Shown: positions 1 to 11,024, numbered from the stretch's first letter. The stretch: DNA of 64,000 bases from an uncultured Chloroflexia bacterium (GCA_963763775.1 CAVXPZ010000001.1:512001-576000), one strand, 5' to 3'. The notes: a model not told the origin generated them from the sequence alone. Made by a program: numbers and translations.

Positions 1-659
1 AGCTGCGGGCCATTGCCGACCCACGCGTCCTGCAGGCCCTGGACCCCGGGCGGCGTGAACTCGCCGATGCGGACCAGGACATCGGGCAACGCGACGCGAG
101 GGACGTACACGCCGCCCAGGAACATCACCATGAAGAACAGCGGGATCGCGACGGCCGTGGCCACGCGGGCGGACGGCGCCACGGCCGCGAGCAGCAGGCC
201 GATGACGAAGAGCGACGACGTGCCCAGGACGACCGCGGCCACATAGCCGACGACGTCATGCGGCAGCGGGACGTCGAACGCGACGCGCGCGACGACCATG
301 AGCAGGACGAGCGCGACCAGCGCCGTGACGAGATACACGATGAGCTGCGCGGTCAGGAGGCGCATCGGGTGCGCGGGCGTCGTCGACAGTCGGCGCAGGA
401 CGCCCTTCTCGCGGTAGGTGGCGAGTCGGATGGGGAGGGTCTGGATGCCCAGCGTCCCCACGGTGATCACCACGAGGGACGGGACGAAGACATCGATGAA
501 GCGCAGACCCCCGAGGCCGGGGTCCACGCCGCCCTTCGAGAAGATGGACCCGAAGATCAGGAGGACCGCGGACGGCAGGGCCACCGCCGCGAGCCACGAC
601 ACGGGCTCGCGGAACAGCAGTCTCGCCTCGGTGCGGACGAGCGCGCGGAGTTCGTTCAT
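1..659 (-). CDS. ABC-2 type exporter permease (3' end runs off window)
   Basis: Read manually: MNELRALVRTEARLLFREP...YREKGVLRRLSTTP; multiple hydrophobic segments; ATG overlaps the stop codon of the ATPase gene. Confidence 0.85.
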   Translation of the reverse strand, partial: MNELRALVRTEARLLFREPVSWLAAVALPSAVLLIFGSIFSKGGVDPGLGGLRFIDVFVPSLVVITVGTLGIQTLPIRLATYREKGVLRRLSTTPAHPMRLLTAQLIVYLVTALVALVLLMVVARVAFDVPLPHDVVGYVAAVVLGTSSLFVIGLLLAAVAPSARVATAVAIPLFFMVMFLGGVYVPRVALPDVLVRIGEFTPPGVQGLQDAWVGNGPQ

Positions 660-1582
660 GACAGCTCCCTTGCAGGCGAGGCCGCCGAGCGGCCGGTGAG
701 GGCGATGAAGGCGTCGTCGAGCGTCGCCTGGTCGATGCGCAGATCCTTCGCCACGATCCCGTTGCGGGCCAGGACCGCGGTCACGGCGGCCAGGAGGTCG
801 CCACGGCCGGTCACGACCACCGTCGGCCCGGACCGCTCGATGCGGCGGACCTCGGGCAGGCCGGCGAGCAGCCCGTCATCGAGTTCCACGGATGGCCGGA
901 ACCGGACGCGCTGCTCGGGGTCGGCGCGAGCCACGATGCCGGCCGGCGTGTCCACCGCCACGACGCGGCCGTCGCGGATCACGGCGACCCGGTCGGCGAG
1001 CCGCTCCGCCTCCTCCATCAGGTGCGTCACCAGGAGGACGGTCACGCCCTGGTCGCGGATCGACTCGATGACCCGCCAGGTCTCACGGCGGGCGTGCGGG
1101 TCGAGACCCGTCGAGAGCTCATCGAGGATGGCGACTCGGGGTCGCCCGACGAGGGCGAGCGCGATCGACAGCCGCTGCTTCTGACCACCGGACAGGTTTC
1201 GGTAGGCCGTGTCGCGCCGGTCCGCGAGGTCGAGGTCGTCGAGGAGCCGTGCCGGGCTCGCCGGCGCGGCGTAGAACGAGGCGAACAGCTCGAGGGCCTC
1301 GCGAGGCGTCATCCGCTCAGGCAGGTCGCTCTCCTGGAGCTGCACACCGACGAGCGTCCGCAGGCGATCCCGGTCGTTCCGGGGGTCGTACCCGAGGACG
1401 CGGATGGTGCCGCCATCCGGGGTCCGCAGACCGGCGATCGACTCGACGGTCGTCGTCTTGCCGGCACCGTTCGGGCCGAGGATCCCGAAGATCTCGCCCT
1501 CCTCGACCGTGAACGACACGCCGTCCACGACGAGTCGGTCGCCGTACCGCTTCTGGAGGTTGCTGACATCGATGACGTTCAT
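656..1582 (-). CDS. ABC exporter ATP-binding protein (DrrA-like)
   Basis: Walker A GPNGAGKTT, signature LSGGQ, Walker B ILDE. Confidence 0.92.
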   Translation of the reverse strand: MNVIDVSNLQKRYGDRLVVDGVSFTVEEGEIFGILGPNGAGKTTTVESIAGLRTPDGGTIRVLGYDPRNDRDRLRTLVGVQLQESDLPERMTPREALELFASFYAAPASPARLLDDLDLADRRDTAYRNLSGGQKQRLSIALALVGRPRVAILDELSTGLDPHARRETWRVIESIRDQGVTVLLVTHLMEEAERLADRVAVIRDGRVVAVDTPAGIVARADPEQRVRFRPSVELDDGLLAGLPEVRRIERSGPTVVVTGRGDLLAAVTAVLARNGIVAKDLRIDQATLDDAFIALTGRSAASPARELS

Positions 1583-1717
1583 GCGAGGCCGCCCTCGCTG
1601 GTCGTGGTGACGCGCTTGGCGTCGGTCAAGATGCTCATGTGATGCAGCATCAGTCGCCGAGGGTCCCGCTCGCATCGGACGTTGCGCCAGTCCTGCGGCC
1701 GCACTCGGTGGAGTCGC

Positions 1718-1739
1718 GCATCAACCGTTCGGTGGATGC
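1718..1739. promoter_or_regulatory. 22-bp imperfect palindrome, putative regulator operator between the divergent ABC and flavodoxin genes
   Basis: gcatcaaccg-tt-cggtggatgc, one arm mismatch; an extra tcggtgga half-site lies just upstream. Confidence 0.4.
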
Positions 1740-1848
1740 CACGACCGGGTCATGGTGCCCGCCGTCTCCGTGACGTCCGACACTGGCCGACGGCGCGGGA
1801 ACAGCCTACGGTCGCGGTACGAGCGGGTAGACCGCAGGAGGGTGTGCC

Positions 1849-2430
1849 ATGACCAGCGTGTTGATCGTCCATGCCAGCCGCCATGGGGGCACGGCGGGGA
1901 TCGCCCAGCGGATCGGCGAGGTGATGCAGTCGGCCGGGGTGGACGCGGTCGTCACCAGCGCAGCCGGGATGCGGGACCCGGACCCGTTCGACGCGTGCGT
2001 CGTCGGCGGCGGTGTGTACATGGGCACCTGGGTGAAGGAGGGCACGGAGTATCTGGAGCGATACGCGCATATCCTGGCCACCCGCCCGCTCTGGCTGTTC
2101 AGCAGCGGCCCGCTCCCGGCGTCCACGAAGACCCCGAAGGCGCCCACGGACCCGATCGAGCTGGCGCTCGGCCCGCGCGAGGGACCAGGCAGTGGCGGCC
2201 GCCGCAAGCTCGAAGGGCTCGCCGCGCCGCTCCATCCACGGGAGCACCGCGTCTTCGCCGGGGCCTTCGACCCCGATGACCCGCCCCAGGGCATGTCAGA
2301 GCGTCTCGTCCGGCTGATGCCGATGGCCAAGGGCATCCTGCCGCACGGCGACTTCCGGGACTGGCCCGCCATCGAGGCGTGGGCTCGCGAGATCGCCGCC
2401 GATCTCGCGCCGGTCGGGGTCGGGGGCTGA
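1849..2430 (+). CDS. Flavodoxin-domain protein (HemG-like family)
   Basis: VHASRHGGTAGIA FMN-binding loop, GGGVYMG, LWLFSSGP, GDFRDW; GGAGG RBS. Confidence 0.85.
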   Translation: MTSVLIVHASRHGGTAGIAQRIGEVMQSAGVDAVVTSAAGMRDPDPFDACVVGGGVYMGTWVKEGTEYLERYAHILATRPLWLFSSGPLPASTKTPKAPTDPIELALGPREGPGSGGRRKLEGLAAPLHPREHRVFAGAFDPDDPPQGMSERLVRLMPMAKGILPHGDFRDWPAIEAWAREIAADLAPVGVGG

Positions 2431-2497
2431 CGGGACCTCGAACGGCGAGGCGAGCGCGCCGCGCGCCGCCCCTCCGCCAGGGCGTACCCTTCGGCCC

Positions 2498-2854
2498 ATG
2501 GCGCATGGGATCGATTACGTCGAGCTGGCCGTCGAGGACCTCGCGCAGGCGAAGGCGTTCTACGGTGCCGCGCTCGGGTGGGCGTTCAACGACTATGGCG
2601 ACGACTACGCCGGGGTCAAGGATCCCGCGGATCCCGACCACGAGTTCGCCGGGCTGAACCCCAGCGCGGCGCCGTCCGGCGGCACGGGCGTCGTGGCGCT
2701 GGCGCGGACCGACGATGTGGACGCCGACCTGGCGAGCGTGCTCGCCGCCGGCGGCCGGATCACGGTGGAACTCCACGACTATCCCGGCGGGCGGCGCTTC
2801 ATGTTCGCCGACCCGTGGGGGAACGTCCTCGGGGTCTACCAGCCGTCCGAGTAG
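2498..2854 (+). CDS. VOC/glyoxalase family protein
   Basis: IDYVELAVEDLAQAKAFY...GGRRFMFADPWGN. Confidence 0.88.
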   Translation: MAHGIDYVELAVEDLAQAKAFYGAALGWAFNDYGDDYAGVKDPADPDHEFAGLNPSAAPSGGTGVVALARTDDVDADLASVLAAGGRITVELHDYPGGRRFMFADPWGNVLGVYQPSE

Positions 2855-2856
2855 GC

Positions 2857-3459
2857 TCAGCCGGCCGGCCCGAAGGTCGCCCGGCCGTTCGGCCGATACG
2901 TCTGGACCATCACCCCGCTCGAGGTCGACCACGAGTCGACCAGCTCGAAGTCATGCGTCTGGCCATGTTCCGGGAAGAGCCGCAGCCCGTCGCCCACGAC
3001 GACCGGGGAGATGCGCAGGTTCAGCTCGTCCACGAGGTCGCGCTCGAGGAGCCAGCGGAGCAGCACGCCGCTGCCGTGCACCTGGAGCTCGCGACCGGGC
3101 GTCGCCTTGAGCGCGCGGATCGCCGCCTCGACGTCGCCATCGAGGACATGGGTGTTCTGCCAGGTCGGGTCCTTGAGCGTGGTCGAGGGCACGTACTTCG
3201 GCAGGACGTTGATCGTGTGGCCGAACGGGTTGTCGTCGTGGTCGGGCCAGTACGGCTCCCAGATCTCCCAGGTCCTGCGCCCGAGGAGCAGCGCGTCGGC
3301 ACGTCCGAACAGGTCCATCAGGAAGGGACCCATGTCGGCGTCGGCGTGCGACGCCGTCCAGCCGCCGCGCTCGAACCCGCCGCGCCGGTCCTCGTCCGGG
3401 CCGCCGGGGCCCTGGTACACGCCGTCGAGGGTCAGCATCATCGATGCGATCAGTTTCAT
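2857..3459 (-). CDS. Dihydrofolate reductase/RibD C-terminal family protein
   Basis: MLTLDGVYQGPG, LLLGRRTW, ELQVHGSG, LVDELNL. Confidence 0.88.
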   Translation of the reverse strand: MKLIASMMLTLDGVYQGPGGPDEDRRGGFERGGWTASHADADMGPFLMDLFGRADALLLGRRTWEIWEPYWPDHDDNPFGHTINVLPKYVPSTTLKDPTWQNTHVLDGDVEAAIRALKATPGRELQVHGSGVLLRWLLERDLVDELNLRISPVVVGDGLRLFPEHGQTHDFELVDSWSTSSGVMVQTYRPNGRATFGPAG

Positions 3460-3570
3460 GGTCGTCGCTCCCTGCCGAGGCCGCCGTCGGTCGCTAGGCT
3501 ACCGCCCGTGGTGCCGCGTCGAACGTTGCCGTGCCGATGAAGCCGTTGCGAGATCGCGGGCTCGGCCTGC

Positions 3571-4104
3571 TTGGACGTGCTCTTCGTCGTCTACCTCGTG
3601 TTGCTGGTCTGGGCGGTGGTATGGAAGCTCGACGTGCCGTATGTGGGCGCGGCGGCGGGCCTCCCGCGGCCGATCAAGCTGATCCCGTTCCTCCCCAGTG
3701 CCGAGGCCGGCGCCAGCGCCCCCCTCGAGATCGTCGCGAACGTCGTGCTCTTCATCCCGTTCGGCCTCTACCTCGGCCTCCTGGCGCCGACATGGCCGTG
3801 GTGGAAGATGACCGGCGTGTTCGTCGGCGCGAGCCTGGTCCTGGAGACCACCCAGCACCTGTTGTCGACCGGCAGCTTCGACACGACGGACGTCATCGTC
3901 AACGCCGCGGGAGGCTTGGCCGGCGTCGGTCTGCTCGCGCTGGCACGCCGCCGGCTCGGAGCCAGCACCGCGGTCGTCGTGACCCGGATCTGCCTGGTCG
4001 GGACGGTCGTTTCGGTCCTGGCGATCGGCATCTTCGTCGCCTCCCCGCTGTATCACGCGCCCCAGCACGATGTCGTGTTCGCCACGCCGGTTCCGTCGCG
4101 ATAG
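3571..4104 (+). CDS. VanZ family membrane protein
   Basis: NVVLFIPFG, LETTQ, GSFDTTDVIVNAAG motifs. Confidence 0.85.
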   Translation: MDVLFVVYLVLLVWAVVWKLDVPYVGAAAGLPRPIKLIPFLPSAEAGASAPLEIVANVVLFIPFGLYLGLLAPTWPWWKMTGVFVGASLVLETTQHLLSTGSFDTTDVIVNAAGGLAGVGLLALARRRLGASTAVVVTRICLVGTVVSVLAIGIFVASPLYHAPQHDVVFATPVPSR

Positions 4105-4275
4105 GGCGCTCGGCGGGCCCAAGCGAGGTGCTTCCGCGTAACGACTTGGGGGCGTCGCTCGTCACAGCCCCGACGAGCGAGCCTCGCGGCGCGTGACAGA
4201 ATCGCGGTCACCAGCGAAGATGTCGCGACTGCCCGGGATGAGGCCCGACGCTGACCGACCGCCCATGAGCATCTG

Positions 4276-6415
4276 ATGACCGATCTGCCCGAACCCGCAG
4301 CCGACCCGGCTGACGAGGCCCCCATACCCGACAGCGAGACGCCCGCCGGCGATCCCGAGCTCGCGGCGCTCGTCGCCACGGCACAGTCCGCGGCGGATCC
4401 CGACGTTGCCGATGTCGCGCCCGCGGCCGCGATGGCCGCTGCCGATGATGCCGCCGCGGCTGATCCGACCGTTCTCGGCGCTGTTGCGTCGAGCGAGCCG
4501 ACCGACGAGGTCACGACGGACACGACGACGACCTTCGAGGCCGGCGTGGATGCGGTGCCGGTCCTGCCGCTCGCGGCCGCCGTGACCGACGGCGAGCCGG
4601 CGAGACGGCCTCGGCGGCGACGGTCGCTCGTCCTTCGCTTCGGCGTCTCGTTCGCTCTGGCCTTCCTGCTCGCGTTCGGCGTCGGCGCCGGCGCGCTGTA
4701 CGCATGGAGTTCGCAGTACGACGGCCGGGTCCTGCCCGGGGTGAGCGTCGGCAGCACGGGACTCGGCGGGCTCACCCGCGAGCAGGCGAGCGCGGCCATC
4801 ACGGACGCCTACGCGTCGCTCGGGACCGGGCAGATCACGCTCACCGGCCCGGACGGCCAGGCGACGACCATCAGCTACACGGACGTCGGTCGCGGGCCCT
4901 GACACCGAGGCGCTGCTCGACGCGGCCTTCGCGGCCGGCCGTCAGGGCGAGCCTCTCGCGACGCTCATCGGCGGCCCGCAGGTCGCGATCAACGGCATGA
5001 CGCTCGACTCCGCCGTCGCCTACGACCGCGACAAGCTGGCGGCCGCCGTCGATGCCCTCGCCACGTCGATCGACCAGACCCCCACCGACGCCACCGTGTC
5101 GGCCAGCGCAGGCGCGACGTTCGCCGTCTCCCCGGCGAAGGACGGCCGCGCGGTAGACAAGGCGGCCCTCCTGGCCGCGCTCGACCAGCAGCTCGCGGCG
5201 CTCGGCACGCCGGACTCGATCGCCATGACCGTGCCGGTCGTGCCGTTGGCACCCGCCGTCGCGACCGCGTCGGCGGAGGCGGCGAAGGCGGCCGCGGATC
5301 GCATGGCCTCCGACCTGGTCATCGAGCGTGGCAAGGAGAACTGGACGGTCGCGGGCACGAGCCTCGCGCCCCTGATCTCGTTCTCCACCACGGCGGACGG
5401 TGCCATCACCCCGGTCTTCGATGAGGCGGGCCTCGACCCGATCCTCAAGACACTGGCCAAGCAGGTCAACCAGAAGGTGCGGGACGCCAGCCTCAAGCGA
5501 GTCGGCGGACGCATCATCGCCACCGGCAGCAGTCGCGAGGGCCGAACGCTCATCGCCGACGGCATGAAGACCGCGCTCATCAACGAGATCGGGTCCCGGC
5601 AGTCGGGCACGGCGGCAGCGTCGCTCGCGGCCGTCGTCAAGTCCACCGACCCGAAGCTGAGCACAGCGGACGCCAAGGCCTTCGCCCCGAAGATGCGGGT
5701 CATCAGCAAGTACAGCGTCTTCTACTGGGTCATCGTCAACAACCACTGGGGCGGGAACATCGAGGCGCCGGCGACGAAGATCAACGGCACGGTCGTGCCG
5801 CCTGGCGGGAAGTTCGACTTCTGGAAGGTCGTCGGCGACCTGCGCAAGCTCCCAGGCGCCGGTCCGGGCAACGCGATCGAAGGCGGGAAGATCACCGTGA
5901 CCGGCGCGTTCGGCGGCGGCATCTGCACCACGTCCACGACGCTGTTCAACGCGGCGTTCCGGGCGGGCATGGTTCCGCTCGCACGACAGAACCACAACGA
6001 GTTCATCGACCGGTATCCGCCGGGCCTCGATGCCACCGTCTGGATCGTCGGCAACACCAAGCAGACCATGAGCTTCCGGAACGACACCAAGTACCCGATC
6101 CTGATCCAGCGGATCATCACCAACGCCGGCAGCAAGCGATGGATCACGTTCAAGATCTGGAGCGTCCCCAACGGCCGGACCTACAAGATCAGCAACCTGT
6201 CGATCCAGCACGGGCCGCGCGCGAGGAGCACGATCGTGCGGGATTCGAGCAAGCCGGTGGGGTATCGGTTCTTCAACAACGCCCCGGCGGACGGCGCCAA
6301 GGTCGCGGTCACCGTGTCGATCTACGACCACGGCAAGCTCCACTGGCGGAAGCGGTACTTCTCGAACTACCCAGCGGTCGACGGCGTCACCGTCGTGGGG
6401 ACCAAGCGAAGCTGA
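4276..6415 (+). CDS. VanW family protein with acidic N-terminus, one TM helix and a peptidoglycan-binding region (frameshift near 4900)
   Basis: ORFs 4276-4902 and 4997-6415 read as one protein; GGGICTTSTTLFNAA, GLDATV and FRNDT are VanW motifs. Confidence 0.8.
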
Positions 6416-6463
6416 CGCTGGTCCGGCGGCTCCTCCTAGGACGAGTTCCCAGGCTCGGCCCCG

Positions 6464-7068
6464 TCAACCTCCCTGCGGTCGTCGTCGCCGGGCCGACGGC
6501 CAGCGCCACCCCGGGATCAGCTGCGGCACGCGTGATCGGTACGCGCCGTAGGCGTCGGGGAACGTCGCGCGGAGCAGTCGCTCCTCAGCCCGGATCTTGA
6601 CTCGAAGACCACCAGTCCGGCAAGGACGAGCACGAGCCACTGCCCAAGGCCGCCCAGGATGGCGCTTCCCAGCAGCATCCCGAGCAGACCGGTGTAGATG
6701 GGGTGGCGCGTGATCGCATACGGGCCATCCGTGCGCAGGCCGCGATCCGGCACCGCACGGGGACCGACGCTCCACGACGATCCGAGCGCGAGACGCGCCC
6801 AGATGGCGAACAGCGTGGATGCCACGAGGACCACGACGCCGATGACGCGGACCCAATCGGCCTCCACCGTGAACGGCGCGAGGATCGCCCGTCCGAGGAG
6901 CACGATCGCCGCGACGGAGACGGACGCGAGGATGTCCATCCCGATCGAGGACGACCCGCGGATCTGCCCGGTCGTTCGGGTGCCGGCGTCGCGGACGGCG
7001 GTGACGATCCAGACGACCACCACGGTGCCCCAGCAGAGGATATCGGCCGTCACCACGAGAACGTCCAT
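6464..7068 (-). CDS. Isoprenylcysteine carboxyl methyltransferase/PEMT family membrane protein (frameshift near 6600)
   Basis: GPYAITRHPIYTG; the C-terminus EERLL..F..AY..YR..VP is in another frame. Confidence 0.8.
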
Positions 7069-7212
7069 CGCGCCGAGAGCGTAGCGCAGGTCGTCGGCGA
7101 TGCTTGGAGGCCATATGGCGCACGACCGATGTGCGAGGTCGGCAGGGGATCATCGTCGCGCCCGCCCAGCGGATCGACTCACCACGCGCGGATCGGCGAT
7201 CTGACTTCGGCC

Positions 7213-7773
7213 TCAGGTCCCGGACGCGGCCGCCTCCATGCGCTCCAGGAGCGCCAGCGTCGTCTGCCAGCTGCGGATCGTCATCGACTTGTACGCCGCC
7301 GTCCCCATGGTCTTGCCCAGTCGGCTCTTCGTCCGCTCGGCGCTCAGCCGCTGCGAGTAGATCACGCCGACTCCCGGCCAGACCTCGTCGACGCCGGGCC
7401 GCGGGTCGAAGGCCTTCATGGCCGTCGGCGTGTCGATGTCGATCAGGAAGACCGCATCGCTGTGGTACGTCTCTGGGTGGTCGCCGAAGCCCTTCGGCCG
7501 CTCCTGGACGACGGCGCGGAGCTGCGCTTGCGTCAGCACCAGGACCGCGATCAGCTCGCTGTCGAGCTTGAAGGTCTTCGGGAGCGCGTCCTCGAGCTCG
7601 CGCCTGATCGCGGTGGGGGAGCGGTCGGAGCTCAGGATCACGTTGCCGCTGGCGATGAAGGTGGAGACCTCCGTGTGCCCGTGCGACTCGAGGAGGTCGC
7701 GCAACGCCGCCATCGGCACCGTGTTCTTGCCACCGACGTTGATGCCGCGGAGCAGGACGAGGTATCGGGTCAT
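7213..7773 (-). CDS. DUF1697 family protein
   Basis: LLRGINVGGKN..PMAALR, TFIASGNV, TIRSW. Confidence 0.85.
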   Translation of the reverse strand: MTRYLVLLRGINVGGKNTVPMAALRDLLESHGHTEVSTFIASGNVILSSDRSPTAIRRELEDALPKTFKLDSELIAVLVLTQAQLRAVVQERPKGFGDHPETYHSDAVFLIDIDTPTAMKAFDPRPGVDEVWPGVGVIYSQRLSAERTKSRLGKTMGTAAYKSMTIRSWQTTLALLERMEAAASGT

Positions 7774-7782
7774 GAGCAGGGC

Positions 7783-8220
7783 TCAGCGTTTCCCGAAGCC
7801 GGGGATCGCGGCGGCCTGCTCCATCCACGAGGCGACCTGGCGTTCGTCGATGTCGTCCACGGACCCGAGGTCGACACCGCGCGAGTCCTTGCCCATCCCG
7901 ATCGGCGTGACCGGCGGTACGGGTGTGAGCGACGTGCCGCGCCCGAATGTGAGCTTGACGTGGCCGACGAAGCCGCCGCACGAGAAGCACCAGCCGTCCC
8001 CGACGCCGTAGAACGCCATGCCCCACTTCACGGCGCGCTGCAGGCCCGGCAGCGTCTCGGCCGCCAGGGCGTCGACCCGTTCGGCGATCGAGCGTTGGGG
8101 TTGCGGCAAGCTGGCGATGTAGGCGAAGACCGGCTTGTCGCCGACGGCGGCCTTCGCGGGGCTCGCTCGGCCGGTCATGGCTTCGGGCAGCGCCCACGTC
8201 GGTTCGTTCTCAGGCGACAT
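7783..8220 (-). CDS. DUF1801 (YdhG-like) protein
   Basis: AYIASLPQPQR, AVKWGMAFYG, HVKLTF. Confidence 0.75.
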   Translation of the reverse strand: MSPENEPTWALPEAMTGRASPAKAAVGDKPVFAYIASLPQPQRSIAERVDALAAETLPGLQRAVKWGMAFYGVGDGWCFSCGGFVGHVKLTFGRGTSLTPVPPVTPIGMGKDSRGVDLGSVDDIDERQVASWMEQAAAIPGFGKR

Positions 8221-8254
8221 CGTCGTTCCCTCCCGGATGGCCCGTGATCCCTGG

Positions 8255-9928
8255 TCAGGCCGTGATCTTGGCCGCCCGCCGTCGCTGTAGGCGAGCCTCA
8301 TGGACCTGTCGGATGGCGGTGGACCCGTCGCCGACCGCCGCCGCGACCCGTTTCACCGGGTTCGAGCGCACGTCGCCCGCGGCGAACACGCCTGGCATCG
8401 TCGTCGCGAGGCCCAGGCCGTCGCTGGGGTCCGGCCGCTGCTCGCCGGTCAGGATGAACCCGTGGTCGTCGCGGAGGATCTCCGTCGGAAGCCACGATGT
8501 GTGCGGGGCGGCTCCGATGAGGATGAATACAGCATCGGCCGGGACCTCCTCCGACGTCCCCGCCGAGCGATCGCGCAGGACCAGTCCTTCGAGGCGCAGG
8601 TCGCCGCGAACGTCCTCGATCTCGGTGTGCAGGCGCACGTCCACGTTGTCCGCGTTGTCGATCTCGCGGATCAGGTAGTCCGACATCGTGTCGGCGAGCG
8701 TCCCGCCGCGGACCAGGAGCGTCACCCGAGCCGCATGCCTCGCCAGGTGCATCGACGCCGACCCCGCGGAGTTCGCGCCTCCCACGACGTAGACGTGCCC
8801 GCCGGCGACCGCACGGGCCTCGCTCGTGCCCGAGCCGTAGAACACCCCACGACCGACAAGCGCCTCGAGCCGTTCGATCCCCATCCGGCGGTACGACACG
8901 CCGGTCGCGACGACGACGTCCGCGGCGTGCAGCTCGGCGCCGTCGTCGAAGGTGACGATCCGATCCTCGCCATCGGTCCGCAGCCCCGTCGCGGTGCGCC
9001 CGAAGACGAACTTGACGCCGAACGTGACGGCCTGCTGGTACGCCCGTGCGGTCAGCTCCCCACCCGTCACCCCGGCCGGGAAGCCAAGGTAGTTGCGCAT
9101 CATGGGGCTGGAGCTGGCCTGGCCCCCGATGGCGGTCGACTCGATGACGACGACGCTCAGACCTTCGGACGCCGCGTACACGGCCGCGGCGAGTCCCGCG
9201 GGGCCGGCGCCGATGACGGCGACGTCGACGCGCGCATCACTGATCGTGCCCTGCACGCCGAGCGCGACCGCCACGTCGGCTTGCGACGCCTGCGCGATGG
9301 CTCGTCCATCGGCCAGGACGACGACCGGCAGGGGACCCTGGACGCCGACCTCGTCGAGCAGCGCACGCCCCTCCGGCGACGCGGCGTCGCGGAACCGGAA
9401 CGGGAGCAGGAGCCGAGCGAACGCGTCGCGAAGGGCACCGGCGGCTGGGTCCCATGGCTCACCGACGATGGTCAAGGCGACGCCGGCTCGGTCGGCCTCG
9501 TGGGTCCACCGCGCCAGCGCCGACGTCAGGACCGTGTGGAACTCCTCGTCCGCAGGGCCGAACGGCCGCGCGACCCAGGTGTCGATCTCCCCGACCGTGA
9601 GGGCCTGGACCGTCTCGTCGACGGTGCTGAAGTCGGCCCAGTCCGTCAGGAGCAGCCGTTGCGCCGTCGGGTGAAGTCGCCGCGACGCGGCGAGGAGCTG
9701 CGCGCCGGTCTCATCGGGCATGTGGTGATCGGCGACGATCATCGCGACCGGCCGACCTTCGCGGTGCAGGTCCTCGAGTCGGTCCTTCGCCTGGGCGGCC
9801 GAGCCCTCGGCCGTGACGTCGTAGTCGTGCCCGTAGCGGCGATCGACCGCGTCGAGGAGCGCCGCGCGAGCCGCGGGATCGTCATCGACGACGAGGATGA
9901 CGGGCAGCGGACCGACGGATCCAGTCAT
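8255..9928 (-). CDS. Receiver-domain-fused thioredoxin-reductase-like FAD oxidoreductase
   Basis: N-terminal ILVVDDD...ADHHMP receiver; GAGPAG, NYLGFP, GGANSAG, GVFAAGD. Confidence 0.85.
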   Translation of the reverse strand: MTGSVGPLPVILVVDDDPAARAALLDAVDRRYGHDYDVTAEGSAAQAKDRLEDLHREGRPVAMIVADHHMPDETGAQLLAASRRLHPTAQRLLLTDWADFSTVDETVQALTVGEIDTWVARPFGPADEEFHTVLTSALARWTHEADRAGVALTIVGEPWDPAAGALRDAFARLLLPFRFRDAASPEGRALLDEVGVQGPLPVVVLADGRAIAQASQADVAVALGVQGTISDARVDVAVIGAGPAGLAAAVYAASEGLSVVVIESTAIGGQASSSPMMRNYLGFPAGVTGGELTARAYQQAVTFGVKFVFGRTATGLRTDGEDRIVTFDDGAELHAADVVVATGVSYRRMGIERLEALVGRGVFYGSGTSEARAVAGGHVYVVGGANSAGSASMHLARHAARVTLLVRGGTLADTMSDYLIREIDNADNVDVRLHTEIEDVRGDLRLEGLVLRDRSAGTSEEVPADAVFILIGAAPHTSWLPTEILRDDHGFILTGEQRPDPSDGLGLATTMPGVFAAGDVRSNPVKRVAAAVGDGSTAIRQVHEARLQRRRAAKITA

Positions 9929-10007
9929 GGGGCGTCTCCAGGGGCCGGCTCGACTCGGGCCGTGAGCGGGTGACGGCCCGGCGTCTGCGATGGTAATCCG
10001 CCGATGA

Positions 10008-11024
10008 TCAGACGTGCGGGGCGACGCCTTCGGCGAGCTGCTGCATGACCTCCACCTGCGCGTCGTACTCGAGCAGTGGGAGATGGCTGCGGGCCACGAA
10101 CTCGACCGGGACCGGCACGTGGTTCCGGACCTCGAGCAGCGCCTCCACGAGCTCATCGGGCGTGCCGGCGTGCGCCGTCCGTCGCGCCAGGAGATCCTCG
10201 TCGCGGCCACTGAACGGGGGAGGGGATACCGCTGGGAGCGGTCGGATCGCGGAGGCCTCCATGTCCGAGTACTTCCAGTTCAGCGCCCAGACCTGGTCGC
10301 GGTATCGGGCGAGCGCGTCGGCGCGCGACGCGCCGGGCAGCAAGATCGAGTAGTGGATGAACCGGAACGTCGACGGGTCGCGACCGGCTTGGTCGAGCTC
10401 GTCGAGCACCCACCCGACCTGGACACCGAACTGCTCCGCCGGCGCGTTCGAGAAGATGCCGTCGGCGAGCCGGGCGGCCCGGCGGATCGCGGGCTCGGCG
10501 CCGCCGCCGATGAGGATCGGGATTCGGGCCGCCGGCGTCGGACGGACGGCGAGCGTGGGCAGCTGGTGGACCGATCCCTGGTAGGTGAACGGCTCGCCGC
10601 TCCACGCCTGCGGCAGGATCTGGAGGGTTTCCTCCATCGCGGCGCCGCGACGGCGCATGTCGGCTCCCAGGCCGGCGTACTCGACCTCCGACCAGCCGAG
10701 CCCGAGCCCAAGGGCCAGTCGGCCGTGGCTCAGCAGCTGGACCGTCGCCGCGTCCTCGGCGAGGCGCAGCGGGTGGTGCATCGGCGCGAGGATGACGCCG
10801 GTGCCGATCTCGATCCGTGACGTGGCCTGCGCGATCGCCGCGCTGACGACCAGGAGCGACGGCATGTACCCGTCGTCGACGAAGTGGTGCTCGGTCGTCC
10901 AGACCGAGGTGAAACCGAGTCGCTCCGCGTCGACAGCGAGCCGGATCGTATCGTCGTAGGCCCGGGTCCAATCCGTCTCACCGGGTCGCAGTTGGGCGCT
11001 GAGGAGTCCGAATCCAAGGGTCAT
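10008..11024 (-). CDS. LLM-class (luciferase-like) flavin-dependent oxidoreductase
   Basis: WTTEHHF, HPLRLAEDAA, GRLALGLGLG, RRAARLADG. Confidence 0.88.
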   Translation of the reverse strand: MTLGFGLLSAQLRPGETDWTRAYDDTIRLAVDAERLGFTSVWTTEHHFVDDGYMPSLLVVSAAIAQATSRIEIGTGVILAPMHHPLRLAEDAATVQLLSHGRLALGLGLGWSEVEYAGLGADMRRRGAAMEETLQILPQAWSGEPFTYQGSVHQLPTLAVRPTPAARIPILIGGGAEPAIRRAARLADGIFSNAPAEQFGVQVGWVLDELDQAGRDPSTFRFIHYSILLPGASRADALARYRDQVWALNWKYSDMEASAIRPLPAVSPPPFSGRDEDLLARRTAHAGTPDELVEALLEVRNHVPVPVEFVARSHLPLLEYDAQVEVMQQLAEGVAPHV

